A stretch of 19,501 bases of DNA from Rhodospirillales bacterium (GTDB lineage: Bacteria; Pseudomonadota; Alphaproteobacteria; Bin95), in contig JAYQLI010000029.1 in assembly GCA_038143065.1 (NCBI GenBank), forward strand, positions 1 to 19,501. The letters run 5' to 3'. Positions 1 to 8,630 of this stretch are shown piece after piece. Position 1 is the stretch's first letter. The number at the start of each line of letters is the position of its first letter. The translations under genes and the position numbers were made by a program. The notes below the pieces were generated by a model, which saw only the letters and a list, made by a program, of their open reading frames with translations, did no database searches and was not told the DNA's origin.

Positions 1-402
1 TCATGTATCCAGATACCTTTTCTTAAGCTGCCCAACCGCTTGGTGGGATATGCCAAACTTCTCACCAATGGTGCGCAGTTTTACGCCATCCTCACACATT
101 AGCAGAATGGCCAATTTGCGCTTATCCATCGGAAACTTCTTGGCTGCACGTTTAAGAACGGCACACACAGTAGATTGATTTAATCCCATCTGTTTGGCGA
201 TCTGCTTTTGAGGCACACCATCGACGTACAATTTCGCTGCCAAGACCATACGACGTTTCGCCTCTTTCATGCCGCGATTGCTTTCCTCTGCACGATGCTC
301 TTGGTATTTGCCCCACTTACGTTCTGCTGCCTTACGATCCATTGCCGCCTGGTTGCGGTATGCCTCAACGAGTGCGTCAGTCTCTTGAGTTTGCATTGCC
401 AT
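1..402 (-). CDS. Double helix-turn-helix DNA-binding protein (sigma70 region 4-like HTHs)
   Basis: 133 aa with two HTH-like segments (VPQKQIAKQMGLNQSTVCAVLKRA; VKLRTIGEKFGISHQAVGQLKKR); its ATG overlaps the upstream TAA (TAATG). Confidence 0.75.
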   Translation of the reverse strand: MAMQTQETDALVEAYRNQAAMDRKAAERKWGKYQEHRAEESNRGMKEAKRRMVLAAKLYVDGVPQKQIAKQMGLNQSTVCAVLKRAAKKFPMDKRKLAILLMCEDGVKLRTIGEKFGISHQAVGQLKKRYLDT

Positions 403-575
403 TAAACTGGTACTCCTGTAATTTCTGGGTTTTGTTTTTTATGCTCGATAACCCGATCCAGATAAGCTTTAATTTCCTTAAGGCCATCTGTTTTCGGCAT
501 GTTAGGATTGGCGATGTGCGCGTTACACAGATTTACTGCCATCTGAAGATACTTTAGTTCTTGATTGTCCGTCAT
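402..575 (-). CDS. Hypothetical protein, 57 aa (MTDNQELKYLQMAVNLCNAHIANPNMPKTDGLKEIKAYLDRVIEHKKQNPEITGVPV)
   Basis: Read by hand, below the ORF track cutoff; GGAG upstream; TAATG coupling to the next gene. Confidence 0.65.
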   Translation of the reverse strand: MTDNQELKYLQMAVNLCNAHIANPNMPKTDGLKEIKAYLDRVIEHKKQNPEITGVPV

Positions 576-696
576 TTTGCCTGTTTCTCCAATTTGCTGC
601 GTATTGATCTAACCAACATACCGCGCAGATATGTTTTACGTCTTTTTCTATTACGGTAGCTTCTGCACCGCACTGCTCACACGGTTTCTTAATCAT
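523..696 (-). CDS. Small zinc-finger protein (CEQC...CAVC)
   Basis: Start moved to ATG at 696 (ATGA overlap with the stop of 693..923); two CxxC pairs; the 3' end overlaps the next gene and may be affected by an error. Confidence 0.55.
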   Translation of the reverse strand: MIKKPCEQCGAEATVIEKDVKHICAVCWLDQYAANWRNRQNDGQSRTKVSSDGSKSV

Positions 697-923
697 GCCA
701 ACTGATCCCCTACATGGCAACAAAACCAAGGCGTTTCGCCATTCATGTTGTGCCGATTAGGTATAACCTCAATCTCCCATGTTTGCCCTGCTTCTATGCC
801 AAACATGCGCGTCATACGTTGGGTAATGACCGCCTGACCTAAACCGTCAGTGCGGGTCGCGAAAGCTGTATTATTCCACACTCGATGGATCACAACTTGT
901 ACTTTTTCTGTTTGCTGTTTCAT
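693..923 (-). CDS. Hypothetical protein, 76 aa, beta-rich (possibly OB-fold-like)
   Basis: Purine-rich RBS (GGAAGGAAG) upstream; first gene of the leftward operon. Confidence 0.65.
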   Translation of the reverse strand: MKQQTEKVQVVIHRVWNNTAFATRTDGLGQAVITQRMTRMFGIEAGQTWEIEVIPNRHNMNGETPWFCCHVGDQLA

Positions 924-950
924 ATCTTCCTTCCGTTTAAGAATACATCA

Positions 951-992
951 TTTCTAATTTAGCGGTTGACAGCTTGTCAATCATATTATTAT
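951..992. promoter_or_regulatory. Divergent promoter/operator with palindrome TTGACA-GCT-TGTCAA (966-980)
   Basis: Consensus -35 hexamer on both strands; candidate -10 boxes TATTAT (987-992, + strand, 15-bp spacer) and TAGAAA (956-951, - strand, 18-bp spacer); lies between divergent operons. Confidence 0.6.
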
Positions 993-1019
993 CACAGTGA
1001 TATCTTTTTGGAGGTAGAA

Positions 1020-1187
1020 ATGGAAACTACACAATTATTAGTTCGAATACGTCCAGAGGTGCATGAGGCACTGAAGGTACAGAAAGAACGATCACGCATG
1101 AGTAAGGCAGTTATAGTTGAAAACGCCTTGCGTGATTATTTAGCAAAACAAGGCATCCAAGTGGAGCAACCGAAAGCAGATGGTTAA
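1020..1187 (+). CDS. Ribbon-helix-helix (Arc/CopG-like) transcriptional regulator
   Basis: GGAGG RBS then ATG at 1020; METTQLLVRIRPEVHEALKVQKERSRMSKAVIVENALRDYL fits the strand-helix-helix pattern. Confidence 0.8.
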   Translation: METTQLLVRIRPEVHEALKVQKERSRMSKAVIVENALRDYLAKQGIQVEQPKADG

Positions 1188-1569
1188 CGGACGAAACAAA
1201 GGGGCAGCCTGGGAACGCACTGTAGCAAAGATGTTATTCGATGAACTGGGTGTCGAATTCTCAAGGGACCTTCGGCAGTATCAGCAGTCTGACCTTGGCG
1301 ATTTAATATGCGACGATCCAACCTTTCCGTTTGTGTTGGAATTAAAACGCTACGCCAAAGGTTATACCTATCAACAGGCATGGTGGGATCAGGTCGTCAA
1401 AGCAGCAGACGCAGCGCGGAAAGAACCCGTGCTGATCTATAAATTTGACCATAGGCCCATCTACGTCGTCATGCGTTTGCCGTTCCTAATGCAAGAAGAA
1501 AGCTATGATAATGAACGTGTCATTCTGACCTGGAGTGGCTTTATACAGATCGCAAGGAGACTTGAGTGA
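1180..1569 (+). CDS. Holliday junction resolvase, Hjc-like PD-(D/E)XK
   Basis: N-terminal NGRNKGAAWER, followed by GDL and ELKR catalytic motifs and the WWDQ...PVLIYK pattern typical of phage resolvases. Confidence 0.8.
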   Translation: MVNGRNKGAAWERTVAKMLFDELGVEFSRDLRQYQQSDLGDLICDDPTFPFVLELKRYAKGYTYQQAWWDQVVKAADAARKEPVLIYKFDHRPIYVVMRLPFLMQEESYDNERVILTWSGFIQIARRLE

Positions 1570-2360
1570 TCCGCACAGATTTAACCAATGAACAATATCA
1601 CGCACATCACGCGCTAAGTTCATCAGATGTAAAGGCAGCCGCAAAATCATTGGCGCATTGGAAAGGCGAAGAGCGTAAAGCGTCAGTTGCACTTGATATT
1701 GGCACGGGGTTTCACGAAATGACGTTGGAACCTGAGTTGCGCGGGCGTATCATACGCGGCCCAGAAACACGGCGCGGTGCAGCCTGGAAGGAAGCCAAAG
1801 CCGAAGCAGATAAAACAGGGCAGCTTCTCCTAACACAAGGCGATTATGACTTATGTAATGCAATGTCAGAAAGTGCATTACGCAATCCAACAATCGCCAA
1901 ACAAGTGTACGACGATGATGCGCACATTGAAGAAAGCATTTTTGTCACATGCCCAATAACAAATCTGGAGCTGCGTTGTCGGCCAGATTTATACAACCCA
2001 ACAAACGGCGTTGTGCTTGACTTAAAAAGCACCACAGATGCATCGCCGGATCGAGGCGGGTTTGAAAAGCATATATTCTCGTTCAAGTACGATTTGCAGG
2101 GTGCTTTTTATAAGTACTGTCTTGAATTAGAAAATATCACTGTGTCATACTTTGTACTTGCCGCAGTGGAAAAGACGGCACCTTATGCGTCATGTTGTCA
2201 TGTCCTATCTGGTGAGGTGCTAGATCATGCGCATCGCAGAATGATGAAAATTCTGCATCGCATCAAACAGGCTAAAGAAGAAGGGGTCTACCCAACCGAT
2301 TGGCCAAAATTTAACATGGTCCACCTACCAGAGTGGATGAAACTGCTAGAGGAAGAATAA
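1566..2360 (+). CDS. RecE/exonuclease VIII-like PD-(D/E)XK nuclease (DUF3799-like)
   Basis: YHAH..LSSSDVK, IGTGFHEMTLEP, EESIF, LRCRPD, DLKST, YDLQGAFY and AVEK motifs. Confidence 0.85.
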   Translation: MIRTDLTNEQYHAHHALSSSDVKAAAKSLAHWKGEERKASVALDIGTGFHEMTLEPELRGRIIRGPETRRGAAWKEAKAEADKTGQLLLTQGDYDLCNAMSESALRNPTIAKQVYDDDAHIEESIFVTCPITNLELRCRPDLYNPTNGVVLDLKSTTDASPDRGGFEKHIFSFKYDLQGAFYKYCLELENITVSYFVLAAVEKTAPYASCCHVLSGEVLDHAHRRMMKILHRIKQAKEEGVYPTDWPKFNMVHLPEWMKLLEEE

Positions 2361-2361
2361 T

Positions 2362-2968
2362 ATGCAGCACATAATGAATAATGTAGAAGCCTTGTGGCCT
2401 CGCATTAATACAACGTACAAATTTGACAGCCAAGAAAGCAAATCTGTCAGATGTGACCCAAAAAGACCCAGCAGCGGCATATGAGATGTCATTCCGTATG
2501 ACTGCGGATCAGGCAAAGGAACTTTGGGGCAAGATGGTTGAAGCTTATAACTTGAAGAAACAAGCAGGTTGGCCAGATGTACCAAACAATCCGCTTAAAG
2601 AGGACGAAGGTTGCTACATCGGCAAGGCAAAGCTGAAGGGTAACTACAATGGAGAATTAACAAAAGGCGTTGCGCAGTTCGATAGTGGTGGAAATAAGTT
2701 GTCAGACGATTTTATGCTTACAACAGGCAGTAAGATAAACGTGGCAATCACCTTTGTACCGTACAACATGCGTGAGGCAGGTGTCTCAATGCGTCTACGC
2801 GCTGTTCAGGTTGTGGAGTACAAAGAAATGGAAGATGCCAATCCATTCGGTGCAGTAAACGGTTTTACAGCGCAGAAGGAAGACGATCCATTTGGTTTGC
2901 CGCCTACGCAATCTGAGGCACCAAAAGCACCATTTGATCCAGACATCGGGGACGAGATTCCATTCTAG
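2362..2968 (+). CDS. Single-stranded DNA-binding protein (T7 gp2.5-like), with one apparent frameshift at the A-run near 2460
   Basis: ATG 2362 gives MQHIMNNVEALWPRINTTYKFD..., which joins ORF 2423..2968; GSKINV, GVSMRLRAVQV motifs and acidic DEIPF C-terminus. Confidence 0.8.
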
Positions 2969-2977
2969 TAAAACAAG

Positions 2978-3012
2978 GAAACCCCTGAGCCTACCACAAA
3001 CTCAGGGGTTTC
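2978..3012. terminator. 12-bp stem hairpin between ssb and primase
   Basis: GAAACCCCTGAG (2978-2989) / CTCAGGGGTTTC (3001-3012) perfect inverted repeat with an 11-nt loop; U-tail is weak. Confidence 0.5.
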
Positions 3013-3041
3013 ATACAATAACGAGCTAGAGGAGCAGTTAC

Positions 3042-5142
3042 ATGCCAAACATACATGATGTTGTAGGGAAAAGTAAATATCCCACAGCATATTGGTCTGA
3101 GTGGGGCCACATTATAAGAATTCAATACAACTTACGAGACATATCAGGGGAATATCATGGGCCATGCCCAAATTGCGGCGGTCATGAAAAGAAAGACGCA
3201 GATCGGTTCTGGATCAAAGAGGAAAATAGTGAGGTTAAAGTATTCTGTCGCAAAGGATGCGATTTCCGCGACTTGGTGGATCGCATGCGAGAAGACGGAT
3301 GTTGGCCAAAACCTGAACCAGTAAAAACCTATAGAAAAGCCCGCAAAGAACCCATTTCCTGTGGTGCAAGGTCATCCATACTTGGAAAACAAGAAGGTCC
3401 CGATTTCCAACGCGAAGATCAATGGTGACATATTAGAAATACCTATCATTGACGTATCAGGTAAAACAATTGGTTGCCAAAAGATCGATGCCAAAGGCGG
3501 CAAGAAGTTTACGCATGGGATGAAGCAAGCGGGCGCATTTTCCGTCGTAGGGGGCAAGCTTGGAGATCGAGCATTTATCACGGAGGGTTGGGCAGACGCA
3601 GTCACGGTGCATCTCGCTGTAGGAGAGGCTGTAATATTCGGCCTAAACGCCAATAACCTACCGAAGGCCATCGATGCCATATTGGAGAAAAAGCCTGATC
3701 TAAAGATCGTCATAGCAGCCGACAACGATAAGTCCGGCATGAAGGCGGTAGAACAAGCGCGGGAAAAGCACGACGTAGATTTCAGAATTCCTACGGGGGA
3801 GCATAAAGACTTCAATGAGCTTTACCTCGCAGAGGGCCTCGATGCTGTCGTAGATGCGCTGAATAGAAAACCCGCTGAGATCGTCGCAGAACAAGCAAAA
3901 GCACCCGTAGAACAGCCGCAAGGCGATTTTGTCACGGATGCAAAAGGAAGGGTCGTATTCAATCACCACAATGTGCAAGAGGTGCTGAAGACGTTTGACG
4001 ATTGGGATGGCGTGTTTGCCTTCGATGAATTTGCCCAACGCAAGATGGTCATGAAGCCCATACCTGGTACGTCAGGCAACCCTACAATGTTCAAGCCGCG
4101 CGAAATACGCGACAGCGACTATATCGACGTGCTGAGTTGGTTCAATCGTAATGGCTTCCCCAGTGCCGCCAAAAACACAATTATCGACTGCGTGGATACC
4201 GTATGTATGCTTGGTGTCATATCGCCAGTAAAACACTGGTTGGAAAGCTTGGCCGTTGAAGATGAAGATGATGACATACTAGAAGATTGGGCATTCCGTT
4301 ACCTAGATGCGCAGACAGAAACGCACGAAGAAAAAGAGTATGTGCGTCAGGTTACGTCTAAGTGGCTGATATCGGCTGCTGCGCGGGCAATAGACCCAGG
4401 TTGCAAGTGTGATGCCGTACTGATCCTTGAAGGCTATCAGGGGGCAGGTAAATCAACTGCACTGCGCGTATTATCTGGCGATGATTGGTTTGGCGATGCA
4501 TTGCCACCTATGCATACCAAGGACGCATCAGATTACATCAGAGGTAAATGGATCGTCGAACTGGCTGAACTGTCCAATGTCAATAAAGCTGAAGTAGAGA
4601 TTGTCAAAGCTTTCGTCAGTCGCAGTGAAGAGCGATTCCGTCCAGCTTATGGTCGAAGTGAAATAACCTATCCGCGACAATGCGTCTTTGCAGGTACAAC
4701 AAATAAATCAGACTACCTGCGTGACGAAACTGGCAACAGACGCTTTTGGCCAATTAAGGTTGGACGCAAGATCGACACCAAAAAGCTACGCGAAGATCGG
4801 GAGCAGCTCTGGGCGCATGCCGTGATGGCGTACAAAAACGGTGAGCAATGGTGGCTGTCAGGTATGGCAGAAGAAATGGCCCGTAAAGAGCAGGACAAGC
4901 GTCTGGCAGTCGATGAGTGGTTTGGCATGGTGGAAAACTACTGTGAAAACAAAACCGACGTATCAATAACGCAGATCGCTACCGATGCCATTGGCTTGGA
5001 GATTAAAGGGATCAGCCGCGCAGAGCAAAACAGAATAACAGCCATACTAGCGACGTTAGGCTTCTATCGTAATGGCAAATTTTCATCGGGGGATAAGAGG
5101 AACCAATCGAGATTTAGCAAGGGAGAAGAATATGCTGTTTGA
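3042..5142 (+). CDS. Primase-helicase (Zn ribbon + TOPRIM + VirE/VapE NTPase), with an apparent frameshift near 3360
   Basis: GPCPNCGG..DRF..FCRKGC zinc ribbon; ITEGWADA, AADND, DFNE TOPRIM motifs; GYQGAGKST Walker A; WIVELAEL and GTTN..YLRDETGNRRFWP VirE motifs. Confidence 0.9.
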
Positions 5143-6093
5143 GAGACATGTGACAGCGGAACGCGACACAAAGCAAGGCGTTGTGTATTACAAGGGTGAG
5201 CCAATCCATCCAAAGGTCATTGATGAGGTAGATGAGACAAAGCCTGATGAGGTGAAGATGCGAGAACTGCTCGATCAAGCCTTAGAGGATCGGGATAACC
5301 TGGTTAATGTGCATGACTTCAAGGTCGTTCCCGTGCGTAGAAGTGAAAAGGGCGCACTGCCGCATTTCCGCGTAAATGATCCTAATTATCAGGATAAACT
5401 GTTTGCGTTGGGTGTCACCCTGCACGACAGGTTCCGCGATTTGATGTACGACAAACTGCAAAGCGAAGGCAACGATTGGTTTCGCTCGTCAGTTTCATTT
5501 GATGGCATGGATAAATTTCAGTATGGGTCGTGCGATAAAGAAACCATGCTGGAAGGTTACAGACCGGACATCACAGTTTCGCATAAGGACGCATCCGTGA
5601 AGGGAAAGATTGCGCTAGAGGTCATCAATACTAGCCCGCCGTCAGAGGGTAAGAAAGAAGCCTTAAGTGAAGCAAACCACATCATACTGCGCCTGAATAT
5701 TAAAGCTTATGCTGAGAGCTGCGCGTTAGATGGGTTTAACCCAACGGACAATGAAATAGAGCAATTCATATTAGCGAAAAGGTTTCGCCTACCCAGAACT
5801 GCAGATCGCAGTATGTTGCAGTCTGTGGTGCTTGTATGGACTGATCTGATCGCTGCGCAAGAAAAATACGCGCCTATATGCAGCGTCAGGATCGGCTTTG
5901 GTATGAAGATTATGCGCGTGAAAAACGACTTCAGATTTTGCGTGAAAAGGCGATTATGCACCAGTGTGGATCGTGTGAATTCAAATATCCATGCCCCTAT
6001 GCATACTCGCCTAAATGCGGCCCTGGATACACGTTTTTGAAAGCGTCTGACCGTGCGTCTGACAATGCGTCTGACCGTGATTTTCGGGGGTAA
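5132..6093 (+). CDS. PD-(D/E)XK-type nuclease (CoiA-like) with a Cys-rich C-terminus; probable frameshift near 5875
   Basis: ATG 5132 after GGGAG; YRPDITV...IALEVINTSPPSEGK motif; likely continues into ORF 5878..6093 (CGSC..CP..C). Confidence 0.55.
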
Positions 6094-6290
6094 AATTTGC
6101 AACCCCCTGAAGTGCGTCTGAAGTGCGTCTATGAGTCTGACTTTATAACGTAACTTTCTAGGTATATATAAGTATATGATATATAAGGGTTATTCAGGGT
6201 GGGTTGCAGGGATATTATTGTTAGACGCATTTATGGAGGGTATATATAATGATCCGTAAAGTATGTAAGGAAGTCAGACGCACAGACGCA
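6043..6290. repeat. Candidate replication origin: convergent TGCGTCTGA iterons around an AT-rich core
   Basis: Forward copies at 6043, 6054, 6066, 6113, 6124 and 6132 (degenerate); inverted copies at 6221, 6274 and 6282; AT-rich sequence at 6141-6260. Confidence 0.7.
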
Positions 6291-6304
6291 TTTGGTGGTT
6301 TAAG

Positions 6305-7129
6305 ATGAAAAATGACATGTATAAATTACCTGATGGGGAAGTCTTGATTAGCTTCTCTGGTGGCAGAACATCCGGCTATATGCTGCATCAGATTTTAGAA
6401 GCAAATGGTGACCTGCCAGATCGGTGCAAAGTGATCTTCGCCAACACCGGACGCGAAATGCCAGAGACACTCGATTTTGTGCAAGAGTGTTCGCAGCGTT
6501 GGGCAGTGCCAATCACTTGGCTTGAATATCGACGCTACGACAACAAGGTTGCGTTTGAGGAAGTCAGCCACAACAGCGCGTCACGCAATGGTGAGCCATT
6601 TGAGGCTTTGCTATACAAACCATATTTGCCAAACGCTGTCGCTAGATTTTGCACTGCTGAATTGAAAGTGCGCACAATTAAGCGTTACCTGGTGAAACAA
6701 GGATGGAAGCACTGGTGGTCAACTGTAGGCATTCGCGCTGATGAAAAGCGTAGGATTAAGACGGGTCCGACAAAAGATCGTTGGGACTTCTGGTATCCAC
6801 TAAATGACGCGGGTGCGACGAAAGCGACAGTGATGGCATTTTGGCGGCAGCAAGATTTTGACCTGCGTCTTTTCGGGCCTAACGGTGTTACACCAAAGGG
6901 AAACTGTGACGGATGCTTTCTGAAATCAGAGGCAACACTGGCAGCAATGTGGCGTGAACATCCAGACCGCATGCAGTGGTGGGCCAACATGGAAGAGCGG
7001 ATCGGTGGAACCTTTCACAAGAATAGAAGTTACACTGAGCTTGGCGATTTTGTGGAACGTCAAGGTGATTGGATTTTTGATGATGAGGCATTTTTATGCC
7101 AAGCGGATGATGGAGAATGTACGGGATGA
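6305..7129 (+). CDS. Phosphoadenosine phosphosulfate (PAPS) reductase family / PP-loop protein
   Basis: ISFSGGRTSG PP-loop, FANTGRE, RFCTAELK, GIRADE, YPL and GNCDGCFLK motifs. Confidence 0.9.
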   Translation: MKNDMYKLPDGEVLISFSGGRTSGYMLHQILEANGDLPDRCKVIFANTGREMPETLDFVQECSQRWAVPITWLEYRRYDNKVAFEEVSHNSASRNGEPFEALLYKPYLPNAVARFCTAELKVRTIKRYLVKQGWKHWWSTVGIRADEKRRIKTGPTKDRWDFWYPLNDAGATKATVMAFWRQQDFDLRLFGPNGVTPKGNCDGCFLKSEATLAAMWREHPDRMQWWANMEERIGGTFHKNRSYTELGDFVERQGDWIFDDEAFLCQADDGECTG

Positions 7130-7375
7130 GTTCACACAGCCTAAAATCAAAACGCAGACACCCTGATGCAAAGCAGGGAAACATTTCAGGTATCGCATGT
7201 AACATTTGAGATATGCGATCACCCTGAGTATGGCGTTACCTTTGCATTAATTGCTGGAGATGCTATCACTGCAAAAGATCGTCGGCCATTGTTTAGCGGC
7301 CACATCACAAAGGGCATGTCAGAGGAACTAAGGGAGCTTGCCTTTCGCATTAGGCAGCTTGAAAAGAAATTATGA
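7126..7375 (+). CDS. Hypothetical phage protein (probable start 7126, frameshift near 7170)
   Basis: ATGA overlap gives MSSHSLKSKRRHPDA..., which joins ORF 7166..7375. Confidence 0.6.
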
Positions 7376-7542
7376 TAGAACCAAACAAAACACGTTGGGC
7401 AGTGCATGAGCAAGATGATGTGCTGCGCATCTGGTACAACGGTGAACTTGTTGGTGAAGTTGAGGGTAAGGAATTTGCTTATCTGATCTTAGAATTAGCA
7501 AAACATCTGCGAGAACGATTGGCAAAGAAGATCGATCCATGA
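7372..7542 (+). CDS. Hypothetical protein, 56 aa (MIEPNKTRWAVHEQDDVLRIWYNGELVGEVEGKEFAYLILELAKHLRERLAKKIDP)
   Basis: Read by hand; ATGA coupling with the previous stop. Confidence 0.65.
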   Translation: MIEPNKTRWAVHEQDDVLRIWYNGELVGEVEGKEFAYLILELAKHLRERLAKKIDP

Positions 7543-7548
7543 TACAAT
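7519..7548 (+). promoter_or_regulatory. sigma70-type promoter for the candidate sRNA
   Basis: TTGGCA (7519-7524), 18-bp spacer, TACAAT (7543-7548) with an extended -10 TG. Confidence 0.6.
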
Positions 7549-7553
7549 TCGCG

Positions 7554-7651
7554 TGAGGTAAACATCCATCTCCTCCCTGATATGGACTTATACTCCCACT
7601 TGTCTCGATTTACCTCAAACTGGCCCTGCGCTTTGCGTGGGGCATTTTTTT
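7554..7651 (+). ncRNA. Candidate ~97-nt small RNA with anti-Shine-Dalgarno motifs
   Basis: Outer stem TGAGGTAAA/TTTACCTCA; inner hairpin TCCAT/ATGGA presenting CTCCTCCC; second CTCCCA motif; intrinsic terminator at the 3' end. Confidence 0.6.
7623..7651 (+). terminator. Rho-independent terminator
   Basis: GCCCTGCGC-TTT-GCGTGGGGC stem (two G-U pairs) followed by ATTTTTTT. Confidence 0.8.
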
Positions 7652-7662
7652 GGTGTAAGCTT

Positions 7663-7708
7663 GGGGTGAGCTTTTCCACTACAGGGGGTGAGCTTTTCCA
7701 TCGGAGGG
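7663..7708 (+). repeat. Two copies of the TGAGCTTTTCCATCGGAGGGG repeat (first copy degenerate)
   Basis: 7667-7688 tgagcttttccactacaggggg; 7689-7708 tgagcttttccatcggaggg, which supplies the GGAGG RBS for ATG 7714. Confidence 0.9.
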
Positions 7709-7713
7709 TGCCT

Positions 7714-8412
7714 ATGCGCATGTCAATCAAGTCAAACGCGCCTGAGCTGCAAAAGGCCTGGACGCACTGGTCAATAAACAGATGCCATTTGCGATATCCT
7801 TGGCGACTAACATGAGCATTCAGCGATCCCGTGATGAACACCTTCGCTTGGAATACCGCAAGTTTTTTGAGATGCGCAACAAAGCTTGGTTCAATCAGGT
7901 GCATTCGATCCGAAACAGCACGGCGCAGCATGTTCGCAGAACAGGTGTTGCACTGGCCGCTATTCAAAGATCGAGCTTGCCATCTCCGCCAGGGACCAGA
8001 AAGAAATCGGTCCAACGCGCGGCATTCTCAGATTTTATGGAGCAGCACGTTAATGGTGGTATAAAAATGGCTGTTGGTGGTGCAAATAATGTTGCGATCC
8101 CCATCACTGGAAACGTAACGCGTCGTAAAGGTGGCGCAAAGGCGGGTGCTGTAAATAAAGCATTTAGACCGAAAACCGTTATGGGATCCGGTAAAGGTTC
8201 CGTAATTGAGAGCAAGGGCAAAGAAGCTTCTTGTGCGCAAAGTTGGGCGCGGTGGCAAGCGTACTCAGGTTTTGTATACCTTAAAACGCGCGGTACAGAT
8301 CAAAGGCGGGTACAATCCTGAACGCGCCGTTCGACGCGGCATGAACCAATTTTTCCAACCTATGATGAAACGTGCATTGATCCGCGCATTGAAAACCGCA
8401 AAGTTGCGCTGA
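7714..8412 (+). CDS. Basic tail-completion/neck protein, lambda gpZ (minor tail Z)-like; two apparent frameshifts
   Basis: MRMSIKSNAPELQK..LDALVNKQMPFAISLATN joins 7782..8321 and then 8206..8412; Lys/Arg-rich; QMPFA..A.N start and ...RALIRALKTAKLR end resemble gpZ-like proteins. Confidence 0.6.
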
Positions 8413-8496
8413 ACTTTTCCATCGGAGGGGTGAACTTTTCCATCGGAGGGGGTCTGAGCTTTTCCATCGGAGGGGTGAGCTTTTCCATCGGAGGGG
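8410..8496 (+). repeat. Tandem array of four 21-bp units TGA(A/G)CTTTTCCATCGGAGGGG
   Basis: Units at 8410, 8431, 8455 and 8476; the TGA of the first unit is the stop codon of the upstream gene. Confidence 0.95.
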
Positions 8497-8524
8497 TATT
8501 GCGTGCAAATTGACGCGGATCGCG

Positions 8525-8598
8525 TGCAAAATTGCGCAAAAAACGCGTTAAAATAAACGTCAAAAAAGCTTTGCATTGATATCAAATAGCTATATATT
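8525..8598 (+). promoter_or_regulatory. sigma70-like promoter with upstream phased A-tracts
   Basis: A-tracts at 8528, 8538, 8550 and 8562; TTGCAT (8571-8576), 16-bp spacer, TATATT (8593-8598). Confidence 0.55.
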
Positions 8599-8630
8599 TA
8601 AGGGGCAAACGCTAATCGAAAGGTAAAAAA

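Noticed and set aside
117-133. TGCGCTTATCCATCGGA, a 15/17 match to the 21-bp repeat core, inside the HTH gene
   Set aside because: Single degenerate copy in coding sequence, lacking the G-tract; may be chance
7479-8064. Alternative ORFs 7479..8015 (-), 7582..7815 (+) and 7831..8064 (+)
   Set aside because: They cross a terminator or repeats, or overlap the better-supported gpZ-like gene, and have no recognisable motifs
8410-8496. Repeat array as a CRISPR or mini-CRISPR
   Set aside because: Units are head-to-tail with no unique spacers, and no cas genes are in the window
8424-8496. Four G-tracts as a G-quadruplex
   Set aside because: Loops of about 17 nt make a stable quadruplex doubtful, and there is no further support
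8265-8585. Three minus-strand ORFs with repeated peptides (PSDGK, PLRWKSS, PPMEKL)
   Set aside because: They are translations of the DNA repeat, open in all three frames, with no RBS and antisense to a real gene
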